A stretch of 64,000 bases of DNA, taken from assembly GCF_006345805.1 (NCBI RefSeq), contig NC_043003.1, forward strand, positions 33,480,001-33,544,000, read 5' to 3'. Made by a program: the position numbers and the translations under genes. The stretch is from Octopus sinensis (lineage: Eukaryota). Under the pieces are notes generated by a model. It saw only the letters and a program-made list of their open reading frames with translations, had not been told where the DNA came from and ran no database searches. Positions 25,769-40,649 of this stretch are shown here, piece by piece. Each line of letters starts with the position of its first letter. Positions within the stretch are counted from its first letter, which is position 1.

Positions 25769-26159
25769 GTATGTATATCTGTATGTATTATGTATGTTTT
25801 TATGTATGAAGTATGAATTTGTCGTATAATCTAATGAGGAACTATTTAGTTACATATTGTCTATATATTTAAGAAAACTACTTAAATGAATTCAAGTCTT
25901 TTACAGCCTTCATAGGTCTTACCAACCGCAGCCTTGAAGGATTGTTTATCGACTATTTTCCTGAGATACTTGTCTTCAATGTGTTATTTTATAGCTGACT
26001 TTTTATCGAATCGATAAGTTACGCTTTGGCTCAGATGGACACAGCATCAATATACGTAAGTAAAGACACTGATACACAACCTTAGACACATATGCAAACA
26101 TACAAACGAATATATACAACCAGTGTAATATTACAGTCCGCCTAGCTAGAAGTTGTAAT

Positions 26160-29100
26160 TGTTATAAATTGAGATCGTCGTCCACTTGTATGAAATCGTC
26201 GTCACGGTAATCTTTTTGACGCCACTATTATGTTATGACGGTATTCCACGGCTTATTATCTTTGACTCGTCTATCTTGCTATCGCTGATAGCTCCGCGAG
26301 GCCATGACTTTGAAACGTCTACATTGTCTCGGACTCATAAGTGACACTGACTCCAACTGAGAACTCGTACAACAACTCTGCTGCTAATGACTTTATAATG
26401 GCTTTCTGACTTAGTTACGTGGAAAGAGGAGTACCATTTTATTCCCCCCTTTTGGTTTTCTTTTCCTTTGGGAAGCAAGTAATTCTATTTTACTTTATTC
26501 AACCCTCCTCCCATTTTAGCGTTTTTTTCCAACTTAATATTTTTTTCTTTTGGCGTCTATTTGTAGGAACAGTGTGTTCTTTTTTCCTTCACTTGTACGC
26601 GTGGTTTCAACCACATGTAAAGGTGTGGGTACCTGTAATGTGTCATACAACCGTTCCATAGGTTCTTTCAATCTGCCTGATTCGCTTTCTATGAATCTCT
26701 ACTTATACTGGTTTCTGTGTCTTTTTCAATACCTTTTCTGCTTTTAATTCCGTACATCATTTTTCCTATGCACTTTGTAATTTTTCCTTCTTCCCAGTAT
26801 TGTTTTCCATTTTCATGCGACCTCATGTACACCTTATCACCAATTTTCAAAAATTTTGGATTGTCTTTCCTGGTACTTTTTCTTTCCTCGCCAGGTAACA
26901 GTTTATCAAAAACTTATTTCACCTTCCTTGCGAATATCAGTTCTGCTGGTGAGTTTCCTGCTGGTGTATTGGGGTTTGGTATCACTCTGTATACCCTTAG
27001 TAATCGCTGCAGAGCGACTTCACATGTGACCTCGTTGTTTGCTTGTCTCAAAGCACTTTTTAAAATATCCGCAAAACGCTCTGCCTATCCATTTGATCTG
27101 GGATGGTAAGGTGCTATCATTTTATGTTCTACCGTGAACATGTCTCAGAATTTTCTAAATTCACTACACACAATTTGTGTTCCATTATCGGATACAATCA
27201 CGGCTGGGATGCCAAATCTTGCGAATAATTCGAATTATTCGTGCAAAAAATTTGCTAGCATTTCAAAGGTTGGTCTTTTGCACTTTACAGTTTCCGGCCA
27301 TTTTGTAAAACTGTTAACTACTGCTAAGTAGTAATAACCATTTAACGGACCCAAAAAATCGACATGTAGTCTTGACCATGGACAATTTACTTCTGGCCAA
27401 GGCTCCCATTTTTTAGTATGCAATTTCGCTTCCAGAGCACATCCACTGCAACATTTTACTACGTTTTGAACTTCCTTGTCCATCTTTGGCCAATACTCAG
27501 AATTGCGCATAATCGCTTAATCCTTGCGATCCCAGGATGTCCTTACGGAATTCTTTTCAAAATAATTTTTTGTAAAGTCTCAGGTATCACTACCTTTTTG
27601 GTCATGCATCAGTACGCCGTCGCATATTGAATATATGTTAAACTGTTGCTGTTTTTTTCTTTCCGAACCTATTTTTGTGTTCTTCAGCAAACCATTGAGT
27701 TTTTTCTTTCATTAATGAATTTATCTTTTGACACGTGTCTCTTTACCTCCTCCGGAGTTATTGGTAACTCCCATACAATGTTCCACATTATGTGTTTAAT
27801 TTTCTCTTCGGCTCTTAGTACTGCTATTACTGTGTCCTTGAATAGTTTGCCATTTTTGGGGTATTAATCTGGATAGGTAGTCAGCATGTTCTAGCTTTTT
27901 CGAAGATAAATATTCCATTGCATAGTCGTAGTATAACAGTATGGTGCCCCATCGCTGCAACCTGTTTGCTGTATATACAGGAATTCCTTTCTAGGATCCA
28001 TATATCATTAGCAACAGGCGATGGTATGTTTGTAGTCTAAACAGTCTACCATTGTATAAACCTATGGATATTCTTTTATGCGAAGTATAATTACCAATGC
28101 CTCTTTTTTCAATTTGGCTATAATTTTTTTTTCCGTGGGCAATAGGGTCCCTGATGCGTGAGCTATGGCCTTTTGTTGCCATCTTCATATATGTGTAGGA
28201 GTACGGCACTTACCTCGTACTCACTAGCATCTGTTGCCGGTATCGATTCCAACTTCTGATGGAAGTGTGTAAGCAACAGTTCTGAAGTTAACATGCTTTT
28301 TATTTCCTCAAATGCTTTCTAGCATTTTACTGACCAAAACCATTTGATATCCTTTTTAACAGCTCGTTGAATGGAGCCTTTATGTTGCATATGTTCGGAA
28401 TATATAATTGATAGTAGTTTACCAAGCCCCAAAATGTTTGTAACAATTTGGCGTTCATTGGGGGAGACATATTCCGTAGCGTGGTCTCACTTGATGGGGT
28501 TGGCCTAAGTCCCCTTTCGTAAATCACTTGAACTAAATATCTGATTGTTTTCATCAAAAATTCACACTTTTCCTTTCTTAGTCTAAACCAGTATTCATTT
28601 ATTTTTCCGAATACTTTTCTAATATGTTCGAAATGTTGCTACACTGACTTGCTCTTTATCAAAATGCCATCGAGTTAAGCGATAGCAAAGTCACAATCAT
28701 TTAACATTACGTCCATCACTTGTTGGAAGATGGCAGGCGCCACCTTTACTCCAAAAGGAAGCTGCTTGAATTTATACAATCCATGGTTTGTGCTGATTGT
28801 TAAAAGGTATGCGCAATCTTCCTCAACCTATATCTGTAGGTGGGCCTTCAAGAGGTCTAGCAAGAGAAAAAATTTCCTCCATTTAGTTTAGAGAAGATTT
28901 CTTCTGGGTTTGAACATGGATGGTTGTGTTCAAGTAAACAGTCATTTAATCCTGTTAAAAAGTCCGCACACACTTAGTTTATTATTTTTCATTACATAAA
29001 CCGTCGGAGCTACCCATTCTGAATGGTCGACGTTTTCAATAACATCTAAACTTTCTATTCTTTCCAGCTCTTTATTGACATAGTCTAACATCACAGGCGA

Positions 29101-31029
29101 CACATACCGGTTGGGCCTAAAAACAAGTGTTTCCTATTCTTTTACCACGATCCTCGCTTTTGTTTTAGTGCAAAAGTTTATCCTTCAAAAAAAATATTTG
29201 GAAACAATAAACATTTTTTTTTTGTCTCAGTCTTTCGACTTCATTTGACCGTCCCGACTACATTTTCACAGAGAACCCTAGTGAGGGTATCCCACATTTT
29301 AAATGACTCCATGCATCCTGTGCTAAATAGGTTTAGTGAGTTTTGCAACACATAAATGATTCTCCTTTTCGTTTCACCTCGAAAATTTACGTTGCAAATG
29401 CATTCGCTGATAAAATATAATTTCTTTCTTGTAACATCATATGCTACTTTATTTGATTTACATAATTTTGACTTACCGATTTGTCGCCATGTTTCTTCAT
29501 TTATGATAGTGATATCATTATCCATGTCTAATTGCATTTTGACACTAGTGGTTTCGATTCTCACCTTAATGGATTTTCTGTTCATTGATCAAACGTTTTT
29601 CTCTGATGATAAACTATTTTTTCGCCTCGTTTGGTCCAGTTTTTAGTCAACTTAGTTCTGTAGTGCGATTTAATGAGTCCTTTGATTTTTTGAACGGACA
29701 CTCTTTTCTCAGGTGCCTGCCATCACATGCTATACATGGGTTCATCTTCTGTTGTATATCGTGTTTTTTGTGAAACATTTTATCCGTTCTTCCGACTCTT
29801 CCACACTGGTTTTATTTGTAAACAATCGTTGCGTTGGATTTCTTCTGTGTCATGCCTTACTGATAATATCAAGTCGCACTCTTCTGATAGTTTCCGGAGA
29901 GTTGTATTCTGGTTAATTTAGAGCTTTGCTAGAATGTTCATCCTGACTTCTGCGTCCCTTTTAGCAGTAAGTCCATGATCAAAAATCAGGCACTTGAACG
30001 AGTGTGGAGTTTTTTTATCCAGTTTAAATCTTTCACACTCTCTGTTCACTCGACCCGCATATGTAGTAAAGTCTTCGTAATCTCTTTTCTTAGTGTTCAA
30101 ACACTTCCAGCGTGTGTTGAATAACGATGTGTTTTCACTGAACATCTTACATAAAATGTCAATTGTGTCCGTGAAATTCATGTCAGAAACAGTTTTAGGT
30201 AGTATAACGTAACTTTTCGAGGTGAAACGAAAAGGACAATCATTTGCCGTGTTCTGTTGTCGTCAGATTCCTCTGAATTAGACGCGTCTTCATTTCGTCT
30301 GCCCAGTTTTGGCATTCTTTTTCGAAACTTTGTTCAAATCTTCGGTAATATGCCTTGAAGGTGACTCCTTCTTCTGGGTTATATTTAAATTCATTTACTG
30401 AACTTGCTACATGGTCCGGCGAAAGCGTATTTTTCGGTTTTGTTACCAACTTCATTAGTTGTAGCATTTGTTGCTAAAACATTTGTTGTTGTTCTTGTTG
30501 TTCTTTGAGTTGTTGTTGCTGCTTTTGCAACTCACATTGAGCCTCTAACAACTTTTTCCATAAATTTACGGATTTTTCGTAAAATATGTACAACAAAACT
30601 ATCGAGTTTTTAATTTCTCCACGTAAGAAATTTTTCAACATCGTCCACGTGATTTGTTTATTTTCTCATTACAAAATCTTTTTTCTTTTCAACGTTGTCC
30701 GGGTAAATTGTTTATATCCACGTCGCCACTGTTATAAAGTGAGATCCTCTCTTCCACTTGTATGTCATTGTCGGCATTTTAAAATTCTTATCGCCACTAT
30801 TATATTATGGCGGTATTCTGCGTCTTAACCTTGATTCGTCTATCGTGCTATCGCTCATAGCCCCGCAAGACGATGACTTTGAAACGTCTACCTTGACGGT
30901 AACTCGAACTCTGACACTGGCTCTAACTGAGAACCCGTACAACGATTCTACTACTGCTGACCTCCTACAACGACTGACTGTCTGATTTCATAGTGGCTCG
31001 TCACGTGTGTAGGTGAGTACCATTTTTCA
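26160..31029 (-). mobile_element. Full-structure but decayed Ty3/Gypsy (Mag-like) LTR retrotransposon
   Basis: Diverged direct LTRs at 26160-26441 and 30730-31029; PBS TGGCGACGTGGAT at 30716-30728 (-); polypurine tract AAAAGGGGGGAA beside the 3' LTR; no matching TSD seen. Confidence 0.92.
26900..30530 (-). pseudogene. gag-pol remnants (gag, protease, RT, RNase H, integrase) with many stops and frameshifts
   Basis: FKYNPEEGVTFKAYYRRFE (gag), MQLDMDNDITIIN (protease), WSRLHVDFLGPLNGYYYLAVVNSFTKWPE (integrase). Confidence 0.9.
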
Positions 31030-32614
31030 CTGCAACAGCAAATATATACCGTTGTAAATAAAAGACTAATTAAATAAGTACAATATCTGAAAAATGTTCT
31101 AAGTAGGGGAAACATATCCTGACTCTTCATGCTCTAATTGCTCAACGGCAGTACATATATAACAGGTGAACCTCAACAGCTTGTCAACTAAATCAGTCTA
31201 CAAATAGAATTAATACTATGATTTTGCATTCAATTTTTTACCTGAGTTTTACTAACAGCGTGTTAGAGCGGCTCTGCATTAGGTTTCCATCCTAATATCT
31301 GCTAGAGAGTCTCTTGAAATGCTTCGTCATCTTTTCGACAAAAACATTTTTTATGTAACTCATCTATTTCGGAACCAGCTGGGTGTTGTTTACTAACGAT
31401 GCGCGTTTGGGGACGATGGCTAGCAAAATGTAAAAAATGTAGATAACCTTCTAAAATTCAACTAAGTCTAAAAATCCATTACATCTCTCACGAATTTACT
31501 ATTGATTATGAGTTAAGAATTACACCAAGGACTGAACATGCATCATGATTTTGACAAATATATAAATTTAAAAAAATACGCTAGTCGCTCTCTATATCAG
31601 CCTGCTCTGTCATTATGTTACTTCGTCGTGCGTTCCAAATTGAAATAGTCGCTGAAGGGTTACCACATCAAGACGCTAGATGAATTCCAAATTGAATGTG
31701 TGCCATTATTAATACGATGTAGTGTGTGATATAAATAAGAATAACTACTGCTTCTTACAGGTGAAGTGACAGTGTAGACGCTTCCTCCTAGGATGTAGCT
31801 CTTTGTTTTTATTATTGTGATGATTCTAATAACGTTGGTGTCCGCATACTGTTATCATTATCGCATGTTATAGTAAATGTTTGCTTTATATTTACTAATG
31901 CTATCGCGCTGTAGTTCTGGTTATCACGGATAGATGATTGCGTTAAATGCCTTGTGTAGTTGAAATATTATTTCCTGGTGTAGGATGCCGTTTTATCCAT
32001 TAGCAAAGGAAGAAGACCTAATGCAAAATACTGAGTGTTTATTTGGAAACTCTACTGTTATTTGGTCAAAAGATGTATCTCCCACCCTTCTTTCCTTGTT
32101 CTCGCTCCTAATAAATAGCTGTAGATCCACGAAAACTTGTTGTCGGCAACTTACAAACCTAACAACACGTTGATAATAAAAAAAACACTCTTGTGAGCAA
32201 TTTTCATATCTATACATTCAAACAGAATCTTGCGCAGAGGCGGTTGAATAAATACAAATGCAGTCACAGTAATTAGCAATCGACAACACAAAAGTTGCAA
32301 TAATATTTGTTTTGTTTTTGTAATGGATGAGAGAAATATCTAGCTAAGTCATATCTAAACATAATCCATGTTTTTTTACAAGGTAAACGGTGACAGTAAT
32401 TATGAGAATAAAGAAAACACAAAGCAATATTCAAACTGCTATACATGAAGATACTTTTGCATACTTGATAATATCAGTGGAATCAAATTATTATTAATAC
32501 TAAAGATGTTGGTGTTACGATGAACCAGGAATGTCTTAAGATAGATGTTTAAATAATTCAATCTATGTCAGGCATATTTTTATGCAATTACGTACAATAG
32601 ATTATAAAATATTA

Positions 32615-33010
32615 AGGCGGCGAGATGACAGAAACGTTAGCACGCCGAGCGAAATGCTTAACAGTATTTCGTCTGCCGCTACGTTCTGAGTTCAAACTCC
32701 GCCGAGGTCGACTTTGCCTTTCATCCTTTCGGGTTCTATTAAATAAGTACCAGTTGCGCACTGGGGTCGATATAATCGACTCAATCTGTTTGTTTGTCCT
32801 TGTTTGTCTCCTCTGTGTGTAGCCCCTAGTGGGCAGTAAAGAAATAAGTATTTCTTCTGTCTTTACTTTCTGAGTTCAAATTCCGCCGAGATCGACTTTG
32901 CCTTTTGCCCTTTCAGGGTCAATAAATTAAGTGCCAGGTGCGTACTAGGATCGATCTTATCGATTGGAACCCTTCCCCAAAATTTCGGGCTTTGTGCCTA
33001 GAGTAGAAAA
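32615..33010 (+). mobile_element. Two tandem SINE family A copies
   Basis: GGCGGCGAGATGACAGAAACGTTAGC head, then a second GAGTTCAAATTCCGCCGAGATCGACTTTGCC core. Confidence 0.88.
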
Positions 33011-35333
33011 CAATATATGATATTAATGTACTCCAGCCACCTTTCGCTTTTGTCTAAAACAGATTAGAACTTATTTACGTTCTTTGTTGCGGGTATTCTT
33101 CAGTAATTTCCTGAAGAAACATAAACACGTTCGGTTATTGTAAATTGCAACATTGCTTTTTCTTACGATTTTCCTTATTAGAAATTCCTTTTCCTGTAGC
33201 ATACACACCTGCTTAATCAAAACAATGAATTACTTATATATGTACAGGAATGGCTGTGTAGTTATAAAACTAGCTTTGCAATCATGTGGTTCCAGGTCCG
33301 ACAGCGCGGCACTTCGGACAAGTGTCTTCCATTGTAACCCTGGGTTTACCAATGCCTTTTGAGTGGATTTGGTGGACGGTAATTATGTGGAAGCCCATTG
33401 TGTGTACATATATATGTATGTTCTTATGTATGAGTGTGTCTGTGTTTGTCATCCCCTACTGCTTGACAATCGGTGTTGGTATGTTTAATTTCTTGCAACT
33501 TACCAGTTCTGGAAAAGAGACAAATAGAATAAGAACCTAACATAAAAACCTTAGATAGTGGGGGCGATTTATTCGACTAAAGTCCTTCAAGATGGTGCCC
33601 CAGCATAGCCGAAGTCCGATGACTGAAAAAGTAAAAAAGAAAGAAAGAAAAGAAAACATAAAAGATAAAATTAATGTATTTCAAGATTCGTTTTCTTCAT
33701 CACTTAATCCGCACCTTTATTTCATGAATGTACATCTACCGAAGTCAACTCTGCTGTCTTTGATTGATGTATGTGCGTGTGCGTACGCGCGCGAGTGTAT
33801 GAGCCTGTGCGTATGTGGGCGTGTGTGTGTGTGTGTGTGTGCAGGGTTGATTGAATAAATAGCTATCCTCCAGCAACATTGATTCAATCTACTAAACTCC
33901 TCTGCAGGTGTTCAGCTATTATTAGGATGTCAGGTCTCTATTTCATCAAATCAAATCGTTTGCGTTTGTTTACAAAGGAAATTAGATGTGCAACTATCGT
34001 TGTATTTATAAAATTAGTGTTTTAATTAGCACCTTCATTTACTCAGGTAAAACTAACTTCTAATTTGTTTATGTGTAATCAAATAGTTGTTGTGCCTGTC
34101 GTTTAGCCCAAGCTAAACCTTGAAGGAAAAGACTTAAGTATTCCAGCCCCGGATGAGTATATTCATAGCAAAAAGCGTTCCTGCCATAACAATCCCTTCT
34201 TATTTTCAGATGCTAGTGTATATCGTCAAATTGTGATTTTTTTCAGGGAATCTTGGCAGCTCCTTCTTGTAAGTTGAAAATCTAAGTTCCGGATTTGTTT
34301 TCTGCTTCTACATATTCTCTGAGATCGTATTTTTCTCTGACTAGACGTATTCGTACTTAACATATAATTGTTCTTCTAACACAGCCCTTATCAGACCATC
34401 TTGGCTGCATTTAAGTTGTAGGGTATTATGTTATTAGTTCCATATTGCAAAGTACCAAATTACGATTTAATAATTCAAATGTAGCAAACTACTACTCGCT
34501 TCAATTCGAATATCTCTTCAGTTATGTTGCTTTATTCATGGATAACCTCGTAATCTCTTTATTTGATGCACAAAATTCTTCGTTCAAAGTTTCACATGCA
34601 GGTCATCCTTCAGTTTTCTACACATCTCGATATTAGGATTCGAATCTGTTAAGTCACAAACTGTCTTTTGGTTTTTTTAGTCTGGACGTTATTTATTTTA
34701 TTCCATCTCCTCCCCATGCTTTTACAGTAACATTCTGGAATTTTTAGCCAAATAGAATAGATAATAATGTATTACCAAAAGAAATGGAAGAAATATCAAT
34801 CATACAAATGTAAAGATTTCAAAAGAAAGATAAAGGGACGTTTTGGACTGAAAACTGAAATATAACTAAACCAAAGCACTGCCCATATGCAAGACTCATA
34901 ATGCTGCGTTTGGCTTTGCCGCGAAAGCACGCAATGAACAAATAATACCACAATAAAATAAAATAAAAATATGTGTGTAGTAAAAATTAATAATGATGAT
35001 CATTTCTGTTGACTGCAATGAGGTTGCTGTCGTTGTTGTTTTTTTGTTTTTTTGGTGGTGGGGATGAAGATGATGATGATGGTGGTGTTAATGATGAAGA
35101 TGATGATTATGGTGAGGATGGTGATGATGGTGCTGATGATGATGGTGCTGATATTGAAACATTTCTGTTAATTATTTTTCACAACTCTCTTTCCTCTCTC
35201 GATTCTCAATTTTTCGTTTGATAGTTTTGTTGCTGCTTATATACTTCGTCTTGATTTTCATTGCTTTTATTTCTTTTTTACTCTCTCTTTCATTTCCATT
35301 TTACTTTATTTCATGTGTTGTTTATTTAATTTA

Positions 35334-35394
<61 letters not shown>

Positions 35395-35799
35395 CTTTTA
35401 TTTTACAATTTATGTTGTTTTGCCGATGTTTACTTTTCGCAATTTATTTCAAAGCCTCCACTTGTTTTTCTTGTATGTCCTTTCTTTAATTGTTCATCAC
35501 TTCTTGTTTTTATCATTTTGTTTCCCCCTTTCTATTTATTTATTTATTTATTCACTTATTTATTTTCTTTGCTTGTTTACTTCGTTGGTTCCTTGTTTGC
35601 GCGTTTGTTTCTATCTTGCAATATTTCTTAATTTCCTTATGTATTTCGTCCTTTTTCTTCCTTCTGACTCTTTTGTTTTAAATTTTATATTTTTTATATA
35701 TTTTCTTCGAAAATACTAACACTCGCACACAGACACGCACACAAGCGCGCAGTGCAGGCATATGCAGACGCACCAATATATACATACATATATACACAA

Positions 35800-35830
<31 letters not shown>

Positions 35831-36097
35831 TATACACAGGTACGTATCCATATATACATCTATATATTTACATCTATGTATGTATATACATACACATATA
35901 TACATACGTATTCATATATATATATATGCACACATACGCACACACATATAATATATATATATATATACATATGTATATATATATGTATATATATATGTAT
36001 ATATATATGTATATATATATATATGTATATATATATGTATGTATTTATACATATGTATATATATATATATATGTATGTATTTATATATATATGTATG

Positions 36098-36147
<50 letters not shown>

Positions 36148-36936
36148 TATGTATACATGTATATGCTTGCGAGTGTGTTTCAAATTTCGGTATATTTGTA
36201 CGTGTTGAAGAGTAAGACAAATAGATTGAGGAGAGAGGGAAAACGACAGTAAAAGAAAGAAAGAGAAAAATAGAAGGAAAGAGAAAGAGAAGGAGAGAGA
36301 AGGAGGAGGCGGGAGAGGAGAATAAGGGAAGGAGAGTGATTTTTACATATGTGTGAGTTTCTTTAAATTGAGAGTGAATGCGGCAGACAGAGAAATTGAG
36401 AAAGCAAGACTGATTGATAGAAAAAGAGATAGACATAGAAAAAATGAAGGAGTGGTGGTCTACGTGGGAGAGAGATATAGAGAGAGACATAATTATTTAT
36501 TTGTTTATTTACTTATTTATTTATTAATTTATTAATTCATTTATTTTACTTTTTTTACTCCAGTTCCTCGAATCCTCCTAATTTTCAATTTCCATTTCGA
36601 AAAATTCCTGAAATGTTCGTATTCAGTTAATTAACCTAAGACTTTTATGTGAGAGTATGGTGAGAGTGGAGGTAAGAGTGATGATTAACGACCCAATGAA
36701 AGACAGATAGACAAATGGACAAAATATTGAAGACTTCGGCGGTGGAAGTAGCGATGTTTAATGATGTTGGTGTTAGAAGAAGTGGTAGCTTTTGAAGTAG
36801 CGGTAGCAGGGGTATTAGTGATTGGTAACTGTCGTTGTGGTTACGATGGTTGTTCTTCTGCTTCTTGAACTGCTGCTGTTGTTGTTGCCGTTTCACCTAC
36901 TGCTGATGCTGGCGATTATTGGTGTTGATCTGTGAT

Positions 36937-36987
<51 letters not shown>

Positions 36988-37097
36988 CGCCACCACCACT
37001 ACCACCACCACCACCACCACCAATACTACTACTACTACTACCACCACCACCACTACCACCAATACTACTACTACCACACCACCACCACCACCACCAT

Positions 37098-37137
<40 letters not shown>

Positions 37138-38010
37138 GTAGTGTGGTGTGGTCGATTTTGCTGATGTTGTTGTCCCTGGTGGTGGTGGTGGTGGCTAAAA
37201 ATTTAGCTTTGCTGCTACAGATGGCTTATAGCGGCGGCGGCGTTGGCGGTGATGGGTGGTATTGGTGATTGGTGGTATACGTGATATAGGTGCTTCAGTT
37301 TCATACTAATGGTAGTACAGCTAAAAGTTGGTTGGCAGTATTTATAATGGTAGTAGCCTTAGCACTGTTTATTAGTTCTGGTAAATATTAGTGGTTTTGG
37401 TTTGGTTTTATTTGGTGTCGGTGGTATTATTAATAGTGGGAGATTTTCTTTCTTTCTGCTGCTGAGAGTATTGGAGGTACAGAGAAACCACAGGGAATAG
37501 AACAGACAATGGTGTGGTGGTGGTGGTGGTGGTGGTGGTGGGGGTGATGGTACTAGTCGTAGTGCTAATTATTGGCTCAGTTTGTTCTTTATATTGTGAA
37601 GCTCTCATCAAACACATGGCAGCCATGGACATTACGTCTAATCTCCTTGCCGGGAATCTAGAACGTCATTATCCCAGCATGTACTTTTAAAATTCTAAGT
37701 AGTGAATTATTGAGAGGTATTTGACTGTTATTTCTAGAAGATCGAGTTACCAAATGCAGGCTCTCTTGTTTGTGGAGGGATAGGTGCGTTTTGTATTAAA
37801 GAAAGTACACTGGGGATAATTATGGTTTTCAGGAAGGTATGAGAATTTAATACAGGAAATGGTGTTGGAACTGATGATAATTTAGTTGTTATAGCAACGC
37901 TGATAAATAATAGCGGATGAGATGGTATTGCAAATGGTAGTTTGTTGATTTTTGTAAGTAGCGGTATGTCGCAGTGACGCTATGGTCGTGGTCATCGTAA
38001 ATATTAGTAC

Positions 38011-38096
<86 letters not shown>

Positions 38097-38421
38097 TTGT
38101 GTCCTTCTAGGCATGACCTACACAATCTGATTTGGGCTAGACAATAACAAGTGTCGTAGTTAAGGCAGTAGGTTGGGATATATTAAGGATTTGTCTAATA
38201 TTTCAAGCAAGTCAAGCGTACTCACTGAAATGCCCTCGATAATGGTAACGTAAGAGTTTAATGCCTGGCTTTGAACACGGCATTGGGTAGTGAGTAGTTT
38301 TTGTAGGTCTTCAGATTTTATGATGATGGTTATACTTTAGTAACATAACTAACACTATCGGCAGCTATGGATACAGAAGCATTAGATTGATGGTGGTTTT
38401 GGTGACATTATTCGTAGTACT

Positions 38422-39850
38422 AAGGCGGCGAACTGGCAGAATCGTTAGTGTGTCGGTTGAAATGTTTAGCGACATTTCGTCCATTTTTACGCTCTGAGTT
38501 CAAATGCAGCCAGACATCACTTTGCCTTTCCCCTTTCTGGAGTCGATAAAATAAGTGCTAGTAGAGCAATGGAGTCGATGTTATCGACCTACTCACAAGC
38601 CCGAAATTGCTGGTCTTGTACCAAAACTTGAAACCAATATTATTCATAGTATTAGTAGTACTGATATAATTATTGAACACAGCAGCATTATTGTTGGTTT
38701 GCGTAGTGAATAAATCGTTGATTAGATCCGATAGACCGCTTTGTAGTGGAGTTTGAGTCAGAGGTTGCTATGTTTGTAAAAGTTGATAGAGATAACACTT
38801 GATGAAGTAGTAGAGGCGGTAGAAGTGTTAGCAGTTACAGTTATATCGACTGTAATCTTTGAAGGAGTACAGTCAGTCAGGACACCTCTGTGCAACTAAA
38901 GGCACCGCCCAAGGTTTGCATCAGATCAAAGTTCAAGTCACGCTGAGGTTAAGTATGTCTTTCATCCTGATGGCATCGATAAAATATAGTACCGAAGAAG
39001 TGCCAAAGGCGATTACATCAAGTACATCCAGCCCGGAAACTAAATTATGTTATTTAGAAAGAATTATTATTATAATTCTTGAAAAGTCAGTGAGCTGGCG
39101 GATTCCGTAGGTTAGCGGCATTCCGCCGAGATCAACTTTGTTTTACATCCTTTCAGGTGCGATAATATAACTACCAGTTGAACTCTGCATTTGAGGTAAT
39201 CAATTTACTGCTCTCCCAAAATTATTGGCCTTCTGTCTTTAGTAAAAAGTATTATTCTTTCCTACTTTAGGCACAAGGCCCGAACTTTTGGGGGAGGGGT
39301 GGGGCATTCGATAACAACGACCTAGTACACAACTGGAACTTAATTTATCGACCTCGAAAGGATGAAAGGCAAAGTCGACCTCGGCGGAATTTGAACTCGG
39401 AACGTAAAGACAGACGAAATACCTATTTCTTTACTACCCACAAGGGGCTAAACACAGACAGGACAAACAAGGACAGACAAACGGATTATGTCGATTACAT
39501 CGACTCCAGTGCGTAACTGGTACTTAATTTATCGACCCCGAAAGGATGAAAGACAAAGTCGACCTCGGCGGAATTTCAACTCAGAACGTAGCGGCAGACG
39601 AAATACCGCTGAGCATTTTGCCCGGCGTGCTAACGCTACTGCTAGCTCGCCGCAATTAGTAAAAAGTATTATTATTATTTTTTGAGAAGGCGGTGAGCTA
39701 TCAGACGCCTTAACATACAGAGCAAAATCCTTAACGGCATTTCGACCGTCTTTGCACTCTGCATACTAATTCCGCCGATGTCAACTTTGCTTTTCGACAA
39801 AATGGTTACTAGTTGAACAAGGTGGGGTGCAATGTAATCGACTCATCCAC
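38422..39850. mobile_element. SINE family A cluster: 38422-38640 (+), 39080-39250 (+), 39255-39652 (two, -), 39688-39850 (+)
   Basis: Repeated GTCGACCTCGGCGGAATTTGAACTC / reverse-complement cores. Confidence 0.8.
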
Positions 39851-39889
39851 TCAAATTTAGAGAAAGAGCAGTGCATACCTTATAAGTGA

Positions 39890-40396
39890 CACAGGTACAG
39901 TTACACGAACTCCAATACACCCATCTTGACTAACCTGTCTGATAAAGCTACATTAGGGATAAGCATCATCACAACCATATGTGTGAGACATGGTGACTTC
40001 ATATCAAGATGAACTGCGTATTACCTGGCAGGTTGGCCCCAGGTACGATTTTCTTGTTGAGAATACTTTCTCGCTTAAAAGATCGCTGAATAAGGGTTGT
40101 TTAAGGATGTTAAACGAAACACCAATGTTTCTATGGGTGAATTCTTCAAACCCCAAAGTATTTCTCTTAGCACATGGTTCTGATGCTCCCTCACTACTCC
40201 TGCTCGTGATCAGAGATGCACATATCGTCATCCACTAAGAACATGCTTAAATTGTTAAGATTTAAGCAACTAACGAGCAAATCTGTGGTACTGAGCAGAA
40301 CACTTTAAGCCCCCCTTTTACAACAAGGCAAAGCATGTATATGTTAACAATTCCAATCATTTAAGACCAGAACCATGAGGGCCAATACCTGGTATT
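39890..40396 (-). mobile_element. Family D element, diverged
   Basis: Colinear with 43355-43897. Confidence 0.8.
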
Positions 40397-40649
40397 GCAC
40401 TGGGGTATATTCTTCTTCTTCTACTTCCTCTTCTTCTTCTTCTTCTTCTTCTTCTTCTTCTTCTTCTTCTTCTTCTTCTTTTCTTCTTCTTCTTCTTTTT
40501 TTTTCTTCTTCTTATTCTTTTTGCTTCTTTTTCTTCTTCTTCTTTTTGCTTCTTTTTCTTCTTCTTCTTCTTCTTTTTGCTTCTTTTTCTCCTCATTCTT
40601 CTTCTTCTTCTTCTTCTTCTTCTTCTTCTTCTCTCCTCCTTCCTCTTCT

